Origin: the human T2T-CHM13v2.0 reference genome, Homo sapiens
Length of the DNA: 64,000 bases
Strand: one strand, 5' to 3'
Assembly (NCBI RefSeq): GCF_009914755.1
Contig: NC_060931.1
Positions 29,036 to 44,569 of the stretch are shown piece by piece. Both the position numbers and the translations under genes were made by a program. The notes below the pieces were generated by a model, which searched no databases, was not told the origin of the DNA, and worked only from the letters and a program-made list of their open reading frames with translations. Within the stretch, counting starts at the first letter, position 1. Each line of letters starts with the position of its first letter.

Positions 29036-30047
29036 GCTTTAGGATCTTTTGCAGTCTTTTGTTCATGTTTATTCGACTAAGTCAAAGCAAGAGTGGTCAG
29101 GCATTTGGCCAGGGTGCAAGATCTGGGTGGGATCAGTAAGCAATTTAAAGGAACAGTGTCCTTTCAGAATGAGACTGTGTTTTCCAGACTATTGTAAAAA
29201 CAACTTGAGAGAACTTTCTACATTTTAGGCATTGGTTGACAGCCTGCCTTTTTTTCTCATGCTATGTCCTTCTCTTTTTATTGCTACATTTCTTTGCCTG
29301 GGGGATGTGCTCTAAGATACTGGTTCTGAACATCTCTGTGAAGGAGTATAAATGACACCAGACTCAGAATCAAAGCTGTTTTTTTAAGAGAGGTAACAGT
29401 TTGATTGTTATTAAAGCTGGATGATGAGTACATAGGTGTGCATTGTTCTAGTCTTTGTATTTCTGTGATTTTTGAAATTTTTTATAATAAAAGGTATATA
29501 TAATATACAGGGAAAGAGTGGTCTGAGTATAGTCATACTTCTGCCCCTAACTTTTATGGGGGCTTCAGTTCCCCACTTATGAAATGAGAGAGTAGATTTA
29601 ATCATTTATTAAGATGTGTTCGAACTGTAACATGAGAGGTTTACAGCGGTTAATATTTTGGTCTCTCTCTAGGAAAGGATCACTGTGGTTTTTCCACTCC
29701 CTGTTTCCCTATTTTCTACCTTGTGGTTATGGTCCATATTAAGTCAATGTTTATCATGTAATATATACTGCCAAGAAGCCACCTGACCCCTAGACAGCTA
29801 ACAGGCAGGCTTCTCCACGGACTTCCTCTGAAATAGAGAATAGCAAGATCATCCGAGAAAGCAATACAAATGTGCATGTTACGGTTATTTAAAATGAACT
29901 TTCTTAGCCATTTTAATGTGTATGAATTTCCTTATTACAGCAATAATAGCCTCCAATTCATGGACACTTACCAGGTGCTAGGCACTGTCCTGAGTGCTTC
30001 ACACACATTACCTCATTTAATCCTTCACAAGCACAACCACCTATATA

Positions 30048-30636
30048 CAGTAAGTCCTCACTTAATGTCCTCTGTAGGTTCTGGAAACTGTGACATAAAG
30101 TGAAACAATTGATAATGAAGACAATTTTCCCAAGAGCTAATTGATATAAATAAGAGTTAAGCTCTTATGGCATATTCCTAGTCACAAAAACATCACTAAA
30201 CCTCTAAATACTCAAAACACCTCTAATAATAAACATTGAAATAAATCTAAGCTATATATACATTTATGAAAGATTGATAAAAACAAGATAACTGCTTACC
30301 TGCATATTCCAGTTCAGGGTCACGGTTGACCAGATCCTGTCCCAGCAGCTGAGGATACAAGGCAGGAACCAGCCCTGGACAGGATGCAGTACTGTCAAAG
30401 GGCACTCATACACCCACCCACTCTCTCAGACAGGCACCATGTAGACACACCAATGCATCTAATGGGCAAAGCTTTGGGATGTGGGAGGAAACTCCAGGAC
30501 CTGGAGAAAACCCACACAGACATGGGGAAAACATGTCAACTCCACACAGTGAGCCTGGCCCAGGAATTGAATTTTTTTTCTCATCAATGTTATAACAAAA
30601 TGACATTGAACAAAATATTATTCCAGGACCCCTTGT
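30048..30636. mobile_element. MER82-like Tigger DNA transposon nested in a MIR (~29941-30790)
   Basis: Starts ta|cagtaagtcctcacttaatgtc and ends ccaggaccccttg|ta. MIR sequence on both sides. Confidence 0.65.
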
Positions 30637-32099
30637 ACTTAGTAGATGTTGTAAGAATTCGAATTTTTCCAAGATGGAGGCAGAGAGAGGTTCAGTAACT
30701 TGTCCGCTGTCATACTAAAACCAGAGAATGGCAAAATGAACTTTTAACTCAGGCTGGTAAGACCTGTGAGCCTCACTTATAACAACTACTGCATCATTAA
30801 GTATCTATGCGAACGTCTGTGTTTTCACTGTCTCCTCCTCACAAAACAGGTTTCGAGGAACTGAGGAAGTTTTGTGAGGCTTTGGTAACAGAAAGAAGAA
30901 ACGGTGGGTATAATGCAGAAATAACAACGGAATTTCCTAGGGAACAACCATGTATTTACCTGATAGCCTATGGGTGTTAGTCACACTTTTTACTTTTGTA
31001 AGATGAGAATCAAGAGACAAGGAAGTAGCATCTTTTCAGGTCAACTCTCTTTTTGCTGAGGCAGGTTAAAAACATGCAGAATAATAATGCCACTAAGAAG
31101 CAAACAGGTGATTCCTAGATGGGGGAAATGGACTAAAGCCCTCCTGCCTTGGAGCTGTTTTGATTAAAGTTGGTGGGAGGTTGGAGTCCAACTTAGTCAT
31201 CCATTCCCTTTCATTCTCCAACATTAAATAGGGTAACTCAAACCAAAGATTTGCCACCTCTCATTCTCAAGCGTGAAAATCAGCACTAAATTAATTGGGA
31301 AGATTATGCAAAATAAAATCTTCAGTTTCATCAATCTATAAAAGACAATTAGTTTTGCACCCAGAGAAACAATGCACCACAATCTTAATCCCAACAGATG
31401 GTCTTGAATTAGTATGCTATTGGACTTACACCAGAACAAATAAGAGAGCATGGATAACCATAATGACTAGAAAAAGGCAACGTGGAGCCCATGCCCTTCT
31501 GACAGTTATTTTGTAGTAAAAGTCTTTATGGAAGAAATATAGCACACTATTTTCATTGTTACTACTATAAATAGCCCAGAGTAAGCAGTCATATTTGTGA
31601 AATAAATGATTATTAGAAGTAATTTTTAGTGTTTATCAGTCACTTGAGGTCTGTGATACAATAAATTGCTCTTCTCCAAAGCTCTGCTAGATGAAAATCT
31701 TTTTTCAACTTTTTCAAATTCTTTTAATATGCTACCATAGTAGCATCTGCATTGTGTTTATTGATTCTAGTACCAGTGCCAACATCTTAATTTCAGTGGT
31801 GATGATATTTTGGGGTCCTAGAATCATTTAAAAAGAGACAAGTCTGCTAGGACTTACATATTTCAGAGAATTGTATCTGCATAAAGTCATAGAAATACAC
31901 ACAAAAAAAGGCTGGTAACAAATCAAAGTTATATATTTTGACCAAGATTAAGGCATAGTATAGTTTCACAAGCTTCTCCCTATTTTAGCCACCTCCCACA
32001 CTGCTGATCTAGAGTAGAAAAAAAAAAACATTACCAACTAACAAGGAAGAAATTAATGACCTTCATACCTGATTTGAAGAAATTTGTTCTTGAAGATCC

Positions 32100-32156
32100 T
32101 TTCCTTTCTTTCTTTCTTTTTTTCTTTTTCTTTCTTTCTTTCTCTTTCTTCTTTTT
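32100..32156. repeat. (TTTC)n-like polypyrimidine repeat
   Basis: Read directly from the sequence. Confidence 0.9.
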
Positions 32157-32293
32157 GTCAGTAGAAAAGCTTGATATAGTAGAATTTCTAACACCTGCCC
32201 CAAAGCTCTGAAATTTCTGGGATTCATTATCCTTGGACCCAGAATATGACCTAGGCATTCTCTCAACTCCTTCATCAGTAATTAGAGGAACAC

Positions 32294-32720
32294 TGTCTTA
32301 GTCCATTTTGTGTTGCTATAAAGGAATACCTAAGGCTGAGTAATCTATAAAGAAAAGAGGTTTATTTGGCTTACAATTCTGCAGTCTATGCAAGAAGCAT
32401 GACACCAGCATCTGCTTCTGGTGAGGGCCATTGACTGCTTCTACTCATGGCAGAAGGTGAAAGGGGACCAGCGTGTGCAGATCATATGGCAAGAGGGAGC
32501 AAGAGAGCAGGGAGAGAGGTGTCAGACTCTTTTAAAGAATCAGCTCCCCCAGGAACTAATACAGAGAGAACACACTCATTACCGCAAGGATGGCATTAAG
32601 TCATTCATAAGGGATCCACCCACATGACCCAAACGTTTCCCATCAGGCCCCACTTCCAACAGTGGGGATGAAATTTCAACACGAGGTTTGGAGGGGGCAA
32701 ATATGCAAACCATGGCAAAC
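32294..32720. mobile_element. MST-family (ERVL-MaLR) solo LTR
   Basis: tgtcttagtccattttgtgttgctataaaggaatacc...atgcaaaccatggca. Confidence 0.85.
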
Positions 32721-35244
32721 ACCAAAACTGTATTGGTCTTATTTGTCAACAAAGGGAAAGATTAAAAGCATTCAAAGACAATAAGAAAATAAAAATTATC
32801 ATTGGTAATAAAATACAGGATGTGGCATTGCTTAAATGTGGAACAGCGTGACTTCAGTTCCTATGCCCTCACCAAATTCTGATTGAGTTGATCCTTCCAC
32901 ATTCCCTCTACTATTTTTCAATTGTTACTATTATTTAATAAACTTTATGGTTTAGAGCAGTTTCGGGGTACAGCAACACGGACTCAATTATCTTTTATAT
33001 CGTTTACTCCCTAAGATCTCTTGCTTCATTATTTGTCATTCAATCCCCAGCTTGAATAATTGTGTCACATTTGCAACACACAGTGCCTCATAGGCTACAG
33101 TGACAGGCTAAATTCCCGTTATACCAATCTTATGACTATTAATCTCTTTCTCTAAAATATTTTTTCAATATTAATATTTCTTCTTTCCATGTTGTTTATT
33201 CCTGACTAAATGCAATTATTTTAGACCAAAAATAAATCAAGGTGCCATCTGGAAAGTTTTACAATTTTTTTTCTAAGAAATATCTGAAAGTAGATTGATC
33301 TAGTCCTATCATAGGTTTGAATGTTCAATATTTTTCTTTAATTATTTTCTTTGGTCAATGGATAGAGCAGTTTTAACTTTTTCATGCAGAGCCTACAAAT
33401 AGAGAAAGATCAGATCTATTTATACCTTGACTAAACTCTGCTTTAAATGGCAAAATATTTCTATTTTTCACTTAGTTCATTTTACTTTCAGATATTAGAC
33501 AGTGTTATTCTAGATCTTGGTGAATTATTTGATAACCACTGATTGGTATTTAAACTTTTCTTGTATTGGGGACAAACAATAGTGTTAAATCTCTGAACTG
33601 GAAGGAAACTTAGAAACCACTTTTATTTAATTCTGCCATTTCACAGTTGATAAAATAGAGGACAGATATTAAGACCCACCCAAAGGTCAAATCATTAATC
33701 AGTGAGGGACTAAAATTTAGGTCTTTGTGCATCAAAGTGGCCATCTTTCATTATCTCTAAATGCCCTAGAAAATTTTTAGGCCTTTGCGCTATCCAGGCT
33801 TGTGCTTGAGCAGGAGAAAAAGGAAGCTGTATGGCTAATAATTTATATTTATAAGGATTTAACTTTAGTGGCAAATGGCTCAGAACAAATCATCATGGGC
33901 TAAGTCCCAGCACATTAAAGAGTCTCACCTCTCACTGTGTAAATCTTAGTGCCTGGGCCATTAAAGGCAATGAACACCACCTCTTCGAACCCTGGGTTGA
34001 AAAACTTTCTCCTCCAGGTTTGGACAGGTTTATCTGAGTAGCTGGGGATTGTTACAGCTACTTCAATAACTGACAGCCCATGTTTTTGATCCCTAATCAA
34101 AACATAGCCAGTAATATAGGTAGATATCATCATTTGCATGAATATTAAGTTGTAGAAACACAATACCTACTTGGGTTTTCTGGTCAGTGTATTGAGATTT
34201 AATAAGAATATCCAAAAAAAGTTTTAAAATAACTCTTCTAAATTTCTGGAATAAAAGTGTTTTAAGAGCATTAAGTAACTTATTATCCCATGTTATATTA
34301 AGCCGTTACAATGCTGGTTTACACAACATTGTTCCCAGTTAAGGTAATAGGGTCATCTGTTTTTTTCATTGCATCTAAATTATATAGTTCCTCCTGCACA
34401 ACAGTTTGTTTCTCCTTCTGCCCTTAGAAATTCTATACTAAGGGTAAATTATTCATGGACAAAATTTATAGAAAAGGGGACTTGAGGTGAATTTTTTTTT
34501 TCCTATTTGGGGATATGAACAACCTTTTAATAATACTAAATTCTACACAGAAATAAAGTACCTATTATCATTATTCATTGTTTATATCCAGAACTATAGA
34601 TTTTGAAATCACATATATAATGTTATTTAATGTTGAGTAACTTTTACTTAATTATATATTTTCTGTTATTCTAATTGACCAAATTCAGAAATGCCAAATA
34701 CTAACACAATTTAGTCAGGACTCTGCATGGGTCTTCAGGAAGTGTTGTTTGAAAAAAGATATTTGGGCACCACCTTGTGGGACTTTGTAGAAAGACATAG
34801 TGTGAGAGTTTGTCAACTATTGTTAACAGATGAAAAATTTTAATCGTCTGTGATGCTGAACGGGTGGAATAAAAGTTGCTTTCTACAGCTTTTTTGGGCA
34901 GAAGAATGAGGAGACGAACGAAAGAGTGATAAAACTACTCTTATATAGGATCAAGAAGCTCTCTAAGTAACATCTGATGAAATCCATAACTCATTCACTT
35001 AACTAACATCAACTTAGTTTCTACTATATGTGAGGCACTGGATAGAAAACAGATAGATGCAGTCACTTCAACCCAGTGAAGAAAATAAGCAAGTAAAGAG
35101 CAATGGCAAGTTTTACCCAAAAAAAAAAAAATTAAGTAATCACATATCTAACTCTAGTTGACAATACCATGCTGCAGGGTTTGGGAACAAAATTTACCAG
35201 TGTCTGCAACTTACTTTGAAATGCATCATAAAGAAAGAAGATGG

Positions 35245-35535
35245 GGCTGGGTGCGGTGGCTCACGCCTGTAATCCCAGCACTTTGGGAGGCCGAGGCGGG
35301 CAGATCACAAGGTCAGGAGATCAAGGCCATCCTGGCCAACATAGTGAAACCCCGTCTCTACTAAAAATACAAAAATTAGCTGGGCGTGGTGGTGCATGCC
35401 TGTAATCCCAGCCACTCAGGAGGCTGAGGCAGGAGAATTGCTTGAACCAGTGCGCTGAGATGGCACCACTGCACTCCGGCCTGGCCACAGAGTGAGATCC
35501 CATCTAAAAAAAGAAAGAAAAAGAGAAGAAAAGAG
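35245..35535 (+). mobile_element. AluS with right-arm internal deletion, within older L1M/L2 debris
   Basis: Alu consensus; about 20 nt missing at cttgaacc^agtg. Confidence 0.88.
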
Positions 35536-36699
35536 ACGGGTAGAAGAATGGGTAGATGGGTAGATTATGCAATAGAGCAAATATGTTCATTGTAAATACA
35601 ATTGTGAAATCTGGGTGGCAGGTAATGGGTTTGCTGTATAATTCTGTTAACTTTTCTGTATGTTTGACAATTTTCATAACAAAATATTAGGCCAAAAAGA
35701 GCAAGAGCAATATAGTGTGATAACATCTATAAAAGAGACTTACACAGAGGGCACCCAGGTCAGACTGTGATATGGAAGTTGGAAGTGCAGGAGCAGAGGA
35801 TAAACAGTCGTTTCTTTTATGCCATGTTAAAGGGTTTAAACTTTATCTTGAAAGCAACGGGAGCCACTGAACAATTTTAAGCAGGGTTGTGACATGATCA
35901 CACTTTCATGCTAGGAAAATCACTCTGATTGCTGTGTGAATAATGGCAGGAAAACAAGCTTGGAGGCTGAGATCTACTAGGAAACTTACTATGACACCAA
36001 TGAGAGATAAGGCTCTCAAGTACCAGCAATGAGAATGCAAAGTGAAGAAGTCTAAGAAATATTAAGAAGCAGAATCAAAGAGCTTAGTACCTAATTGGCC
36101 TAGGAAAGTGGAAGAAATGAAGGAGAAAGATGGTACCCAGCAGTCTGCCAAAAAGTATTTAATAACTGTCTCTCTGGGGAAAAAAGTGTATTGTACACAT
36201 ATACATACGTAAGTTTATCAGAAATGTTATTGATAAAGAACGTATGGTATAAAATTTTCAAATAATAATAAAATACACAATATTCTCTATTATAAATTCT
36301 ATATAGCAAACTGATTCATACAGATTGCTTTCATTGATTTTTGGCCAAATTCTTATATCTTTAGCCAATCTATGGTTGTAATTGATGAATGAGTATAGTT
36401 CCAACAAGAATGTTGGTTGGCATTTTCCTCTTCTTGAACAAGTAAGACAAAAATGAAACAAAGAAAAAGGTGCATGTGCATTGAAACTTCATTTGTTTGT
36501 CAATGATATAAGCAACTTTGTAGCTGAATAATATAATACTTTTCAAATACTGAAACATTTTCTTAGTTTTTTTCTTATTCAACTGTTACAGATAAAATAC
36601 ACTTTTGAGTTTAATCTGCATTATTGTTTTCTCCATCACTTTCTTTGGCCTAGACAATAAATAAGACAGTAATTCAAGCCCTAATTTGTAGCAGATTTC

Positions 36700-37061
36700 T
36701 ATTGTGTAAAAAGTCCTACTATGTCAGATTTCAAATTACTAATGTGACATCACTGAACACAGGGTTGCAAAGAGAAACACAAATATATAGCAGCATACCA
36801 CTATGCAGGATTTCCATCATATAGTTGCCATGGATGCAAACAACTTCAAGTACACACACAATAGTAAGATTTAGTAAATAATTAGGAAGTAATGAGTTTT
36901 GAGTATTTATTACTATTGTTTTTAATGTAATTTATTTATTTGTAAGTTAAATATATAATACAACATTTAATAATATCTGCGGTTAACAACTGGCTCAAAA
37001 AATTTCTGGAAATTTAGCAGTTGACCCTCACAAGGTGACATGAGCCATCTTCAGCACACCA
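36700..37061. mobile_element. MER63-like hAT-Blackjack element, terminus cut by the L1
   Basis: aacaactggctcaaaaaatttctggaaattt...cagcacacca resembles the recalled MER63 end (...CAGCACACCACTG). Confidence 0.55.
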
Positions 37062-39402
<2,341 letters not shown>

Positions 39403-39409
39403 GAAAAGG

Positions 39410-40340
39410 TGGGCAGCAAAGTCAAAAAAAAAAAAAGACAAACTACACTAGAACAGGTTCATAATATATAGGATCAGTATCCAGAATATATAAGAAAAAG
39501 AAAAAAATAGGATATGAAATGGCAGTTTTTTAGAAGGGAAATAAGAATGTCTAACAATCATATGAAAAAATATTTACTCTCATTAGTATTCATGAAAATG
39601 CAAACTAAAAGCACTGAGATATCATATGTTTCTCATTAGACTGACAAGTTTAAAGAGTGTAATAAAGGGTTAGCAAGGATGCTGGGAAATGGGACACGTG
39701 GTGGGAGGGTGATTTGGTAAAACTGCATTACAGAGCAACTGGGCAATATTTGTTAAAAATAACAAAGTGTATTTTTTTCGCTTCCAGGAATATACCCTGG
39801 AGAAATTCTAGCACATTTGTTCAAAAGACATAGACAAGAATGTTTATTCTAATAAAATGTTAGAAACAACCTAAATGTTGATCAGTAGGTTGGATAAATA
39901 ATTTGGGACGTAACAACATTTATTTATTCAACAAATATATCTTGTAATCTTTATATATCCTTAAAATACAATTTTAAATAGAAAAGAAAGCTATGTAATG
40001 ATATAAAAATATGATATATTTTCTATAACATTTTAAAACATACAAAATGTTAGCTATTTTACAGATACATCTGTAAAATAGATACGTCTATATGTTGTAA
40101 ATCTATAACAAACTTTGATAGTAGAAAACTCACCAGTTTTCTGACAGTGGTTGTCACTGGAGAGAGAAAGGGGAATAGGACTGGGACTGGATACAAAGGG
40201 GACTTCAACTCTATTTCTAATGATCTGAGAAGAATTTTTTTAAAACCCTGAAACATTTAAATTCTGGGTGGTGGGTATACAGATTTTTGTCATATTACCC
40301 TTAATATACATGTTTTTAAATTTTCACAATAAAAAGTACT
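39410..40340 (+). mobile_element. Ancient L1M (L1ME-like) 3' fragment
   Basis: Degenerate ORF2-end and 3'UTR motifs (gtatccagaatatataag, aaatgcaaactaaaa, aacaacctaaatgt). Confidence 0.7.
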
Positions 40341-41164
40341 TTGAAAACCCTTCAACTCTTCAACCTATTAAGCAATAGCTAAAACAGAGTTGATACCATG
40401 CCAGTTACACAGATTTACCATTTTGGACTCTACTCCTTAGGCCACCAGATCTCATTAATTCTTATTTTCAGCATTTCTCATGGATACTTTAATTTTCCAC
40501 CAGATCGCCGCTTCACTAACTAGAATCCTTAGCCCCTGCAAAATACTCACTCTCCAAATAGCCCTAGAAATCCCAAGTAGACATCGTATATGTACTCATA
40601 AACAAATCATCAGTTACCATTTGACATCATCCATTTCTTTCTGTCCTGTACTTGAAGCTCATTCTATCTCTAGACTTATAGAAAATGGGGCAAATTTCTA
40701 CTTTTTAATGCTTCTTAACTGGCATGCAGCCCACAAAGATCATTCCTTGCTCTGAATTCTTCCAGCGTTATTTATGGTACCATTCATCTAACAATACTTA
40801 TTGTGTTTTGTACTGAGAAGTGAATATTTTATGTTATATAATAATACTTAAATAATATATATTTTATTAAAGGCAGGAATTTTTTAAAAAATTCTACTTC
40901 TTTTATAGTACCCGTAGCAATGTATGCAGTCATTCATCAGCAATGGTTGTAAAATGAACAACTATTTTAAATATTGTAGCACTGTGTGATTGTCTTCTAA
41001 ATAACTTTATCTTTCCAAGATTTTGATGATTTAAACTCGCAAAATTCCTCAAAGTATGTCATGGGAACCCTATGCCTCTGCCTTCATTTTTTCATGATAC
41101 TTCTGTTAGTGTGTAATTTTAGGCATCTCTATATCCCTTAATTCACTGCTACCCATAGGAGGAG

Positions 41165-41312
41165 GAGTTAGGTGTATCTCATACTTAGTATAAGTATGTC
41201 ACATGCAACATGTGGAACATACTTACACTGAGAAAAAAACTAATTGCTTATCTGAAACTTAATTTAACTTGGCAGCCTATAATTTTTGTGTACGCTAAAT
41301 CTAGCAACCCTA
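41165..41312. mobile_element. MER53-like hAT element
   Basis: catacttacact...tatctgaaacttaatttaact...ctaaatctagcaacccta. Confidence 0.55.
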
Positions 41313-44300
41313 ACACTGACCCATCTCAGTGTTATGATGGGGGGAGATAGTCTAACATGCATTGATCTAACATCCATTCGTTGATTTTTCTTGAACTAGT
41401 GGAGTTAGTATGTTAAAAGTCCTATGCATTGTGATTTCCTCTTTTCCTCTTTTACTATTCAGAATCCAAGGATGGAAGGCAGCGAGTGACACCCTTTGCA
41501 ACTGTAATACCCCGATGAGAAACTCCAAATCTAGACATGGGTACAGGTACTTAGAAGCTTGGTTTGAGTTGCAGGTCCAAGGCACATTCAGCTTTATGGA
41601 AAACTATGCTGATATTTTGATCCCTATGTTTCTGACCGCTATGTGTATTTCTCAATTAACTCCAAACCCAGAAGAATGTTGAGAATAATTATCAGTGTTA
41701 ACCCCCATCTCCCTGTGGATATATGTGGATATAGTTAAAAGTGACTACATTTTATTTCATTCTTTACATACTCTCCAATCCCTAACCTCTACCTTGTCAA
41801 ATACATCCAAAGTAAAGAAAAAATTAGGTCAAAAGGAATAATTTTCAGTAACTAAGATTTTAAAGAGCTTGTAGGAACACGAATGTTAATTTCAGCCACA
41901 AGAAAACTTCATGGAGTCAGTGCTTTTATTAGAACGAATAATCTTAGCCAATTTGATTTAATCATCAGTGTAGATCTTACTTGTATCCAATAATGTCAAG
42001 GCCACTGCTGATACATCAGCATTCTTTATAAGCTATTAAATGGGAGTCTTATTTCCTAGACATTTATATTAAACTTATAAGAAAGGAAAACTCTTAGGCA
42101 ATAAGACATGTATTTAACAAATACAATTTAGCATTTGTAAACATTAATATAAGGAATCATTTCTAAGTAACCACAGAATGCCTTAGAACTTCAGTCAGAC
42201 AGATAGAATTTAAATGTGTTTGGAGACAAAGTGGAAATGTCAAAGTTTACTAAATTACTAATTTACTCTAAAACTCATGCACCCAAAAAACTAACTTTAT
42301 TTTCTAAATATGAACTTAGCTTGTTCCAGATAAAACAAAACAAAAACATTAAGCTGATCACAGGAGATGATTGTCTTCCTAAATAAAATAGTCTCGTCCA
42401 ATTAAATTCAGTGTCTTGTGGCTCTTCAATATAGATTCAATAGTTACACTTATTGCATACTTCCAAAGATGCAGTATAACAGACATGTATTTCCTTGGCT
42501 GATGTTAAAAAAACAAATATAGATTGAAACTTTAACTTTTAAACCATTAAATAAATAATTACCAAGATGCTGGTAATAATTAATGAAAACTAAGCTGCTT
42601 TCTGGAAAGAAGCTTATTTTTGAATCCACTGTATAAACATTCATCACATAGTAATGTTGTTAATAGTCTGAGCACTTGCTTAATTGACACACTATGTGCA
42701 AATACTTCTCATGATACATGGTATCATTCCTTTTCCTACCCCAGATTAGAAAAGCGCCTCTTCCTCAAATCTCTCGCTACCTGATAACTGTCAGAATAGG
42801 TAGGATGCAATTGACCCTCCATGGAGACGTTTAATGTACAAACTGAAGAAGTATAGGCCTCAGCCCTGTGTAACATCTCACTGTTTATGCAGTTAACATA
42901 CTTGTGTAGAGTTGAAAAATTATTTTTATTTTTCAGTTTGTATTATATTTATTAAAGTTTAAAATTTTAGTTTAATAAAGTGGCTTGCTCATCCTGATTA
43001 CAGTTGAATGTTACCATTCTGTCGAGTAGAAGTCCACAGGATGCATCATAAAACAACTTTATTATTCCCCCACCACTCTTCCTATTGGGGAAGTGGGGCA
43101 GGATTTTCCTTGCAACATGGATGAAATCACAGGTAGTGGTCATGAATCTTCGGGTTGGTCTTTGATAAAAAAAATTGCTTCTTTCAAATTTAGTTATAAA
43201 AACTCTCTCGTTCCAATAATTTAAATGTTTATCACAGGTAGTAGCCAATATTCTGAGCTTGAAGTTTCTTCTCTGGAATACTGCAGTAGGAAAGCGGACA
43301 TAGTCAACTTTTCCATTTCCCCACTTTGTGCCTCTCTGCCTTCCCCAAACTCATGAATTGCAGTTTCAGGCCCTTCCAGGTAGAAGACAGGAAAGATCTG
43401 CTTAGCTGGTCACTGCCATGCTTTGATTTTGGAAGGTATTCAGGTGATCTCTTTCTCACTGCAGAGCTCTTATGCATTCTTTGGAGACTCTGCTTCACCA
43501 GGGATTTCTCATCTGAAGTTCTCTTAATGCTGGCCTTAATGCAAGATCTCTTCTCCAGCAGGTATCAAATACAATCTTTACCTCACACCATCTTGTTCCC
43601 AACAGAATACCTCCAACATCTCTCTGCTATGGTCACCTCAGTCCTGGCAGATAGTTCTACAGATTTCTTTAAGCTGACTCTCTTGCCCTTGTAGTCTACA
43701 TCCCATCCTCAGGGCAAGACTCATATCCTCTATCCTGACAAACTGAGAGTGAAGGTTGTTCCCCACAGGTGCACCTCTCACCTCTTGGCCATTAGAACCA
43801 GCCAGCCCCAGTACCTGAGTTTTAAGGCATGGGTCCCAAAGCAGCCCACCCTGTTCCCTACCTACCTCCCTCTTCCAAGATGCACAGATCAAGCTCTCTG
43901 TGTGGAACAGCACCTGCCCTTCACCCCCAGATATCTCATAGGGGATTAGGAGTGAGACTCACAGAAAATGAATTTCTCCGAAGAAATCACTTCCAGACTC
44001 TTCTGTTCTTTTATATCTCAGAAAGGATTGGGTTTTCAGGTTGCAAAATCTTTTCCAGCTCTGCATAGGTAGGTAGCATCTCACTGAGGAATGGAGTATT
44101 TACCACCTATTGTTCTGTTCCAGTCTAGTAGAGCTTTAGCAAAAACTACAGGCAACAAATTCTATTTTTAACATCCTGTTACACAAACAAATATGCTGAG
44201 TATGCACACAAATAAATGGTGAAAGAGGCACAAAGAAGTGAAAACAATCGTGCATGGTAGGAATATTTGAATTGTATTACATGTCCTTTAATATTGTTTT

Positions 44301-44514
44301 AACAGTAATATTTTTACATTTTCAATTGGAATGAAAGCATGTATGTGTTTGAATAATTTTTCATCGTGCACTCATTTTTTTGATTCCACAACTAATGAGA
44401 GAAACAGTGATGATTGTAAAATGTATCCCACCCTTAAGGAATTCACAGTAGAATTCCTTGTAGTTCCTGTAGAACTACAATAATATAATGTAATATAATA
44501 GGTAATAGTATTAT

Positions 44515-44521
<7 letters not shown>

Positions 44522-44566
<45 letters not shown>
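44522..44566. repeat. (TG)22 microsatellite
   Basis: Read directly from the sequence. Confidence 0.97.

Positions 44567-44569
<3 letters not shown>

Noticed and set aside
39403-39436. Short unique segment between two A-runs as an L1 3' transduction
   Set aside because: caaagtc(a)n gacaaa fits the adjacent ancient L1M ORF2 sequence with an expanded A-tract, and no TSD follows the second A-run.
42967-43913. Cluster of short ORFs as a processed pseudogene
   Set aside because: No recognisable protein similarity, poly(A) tail or TSD on manual reading.
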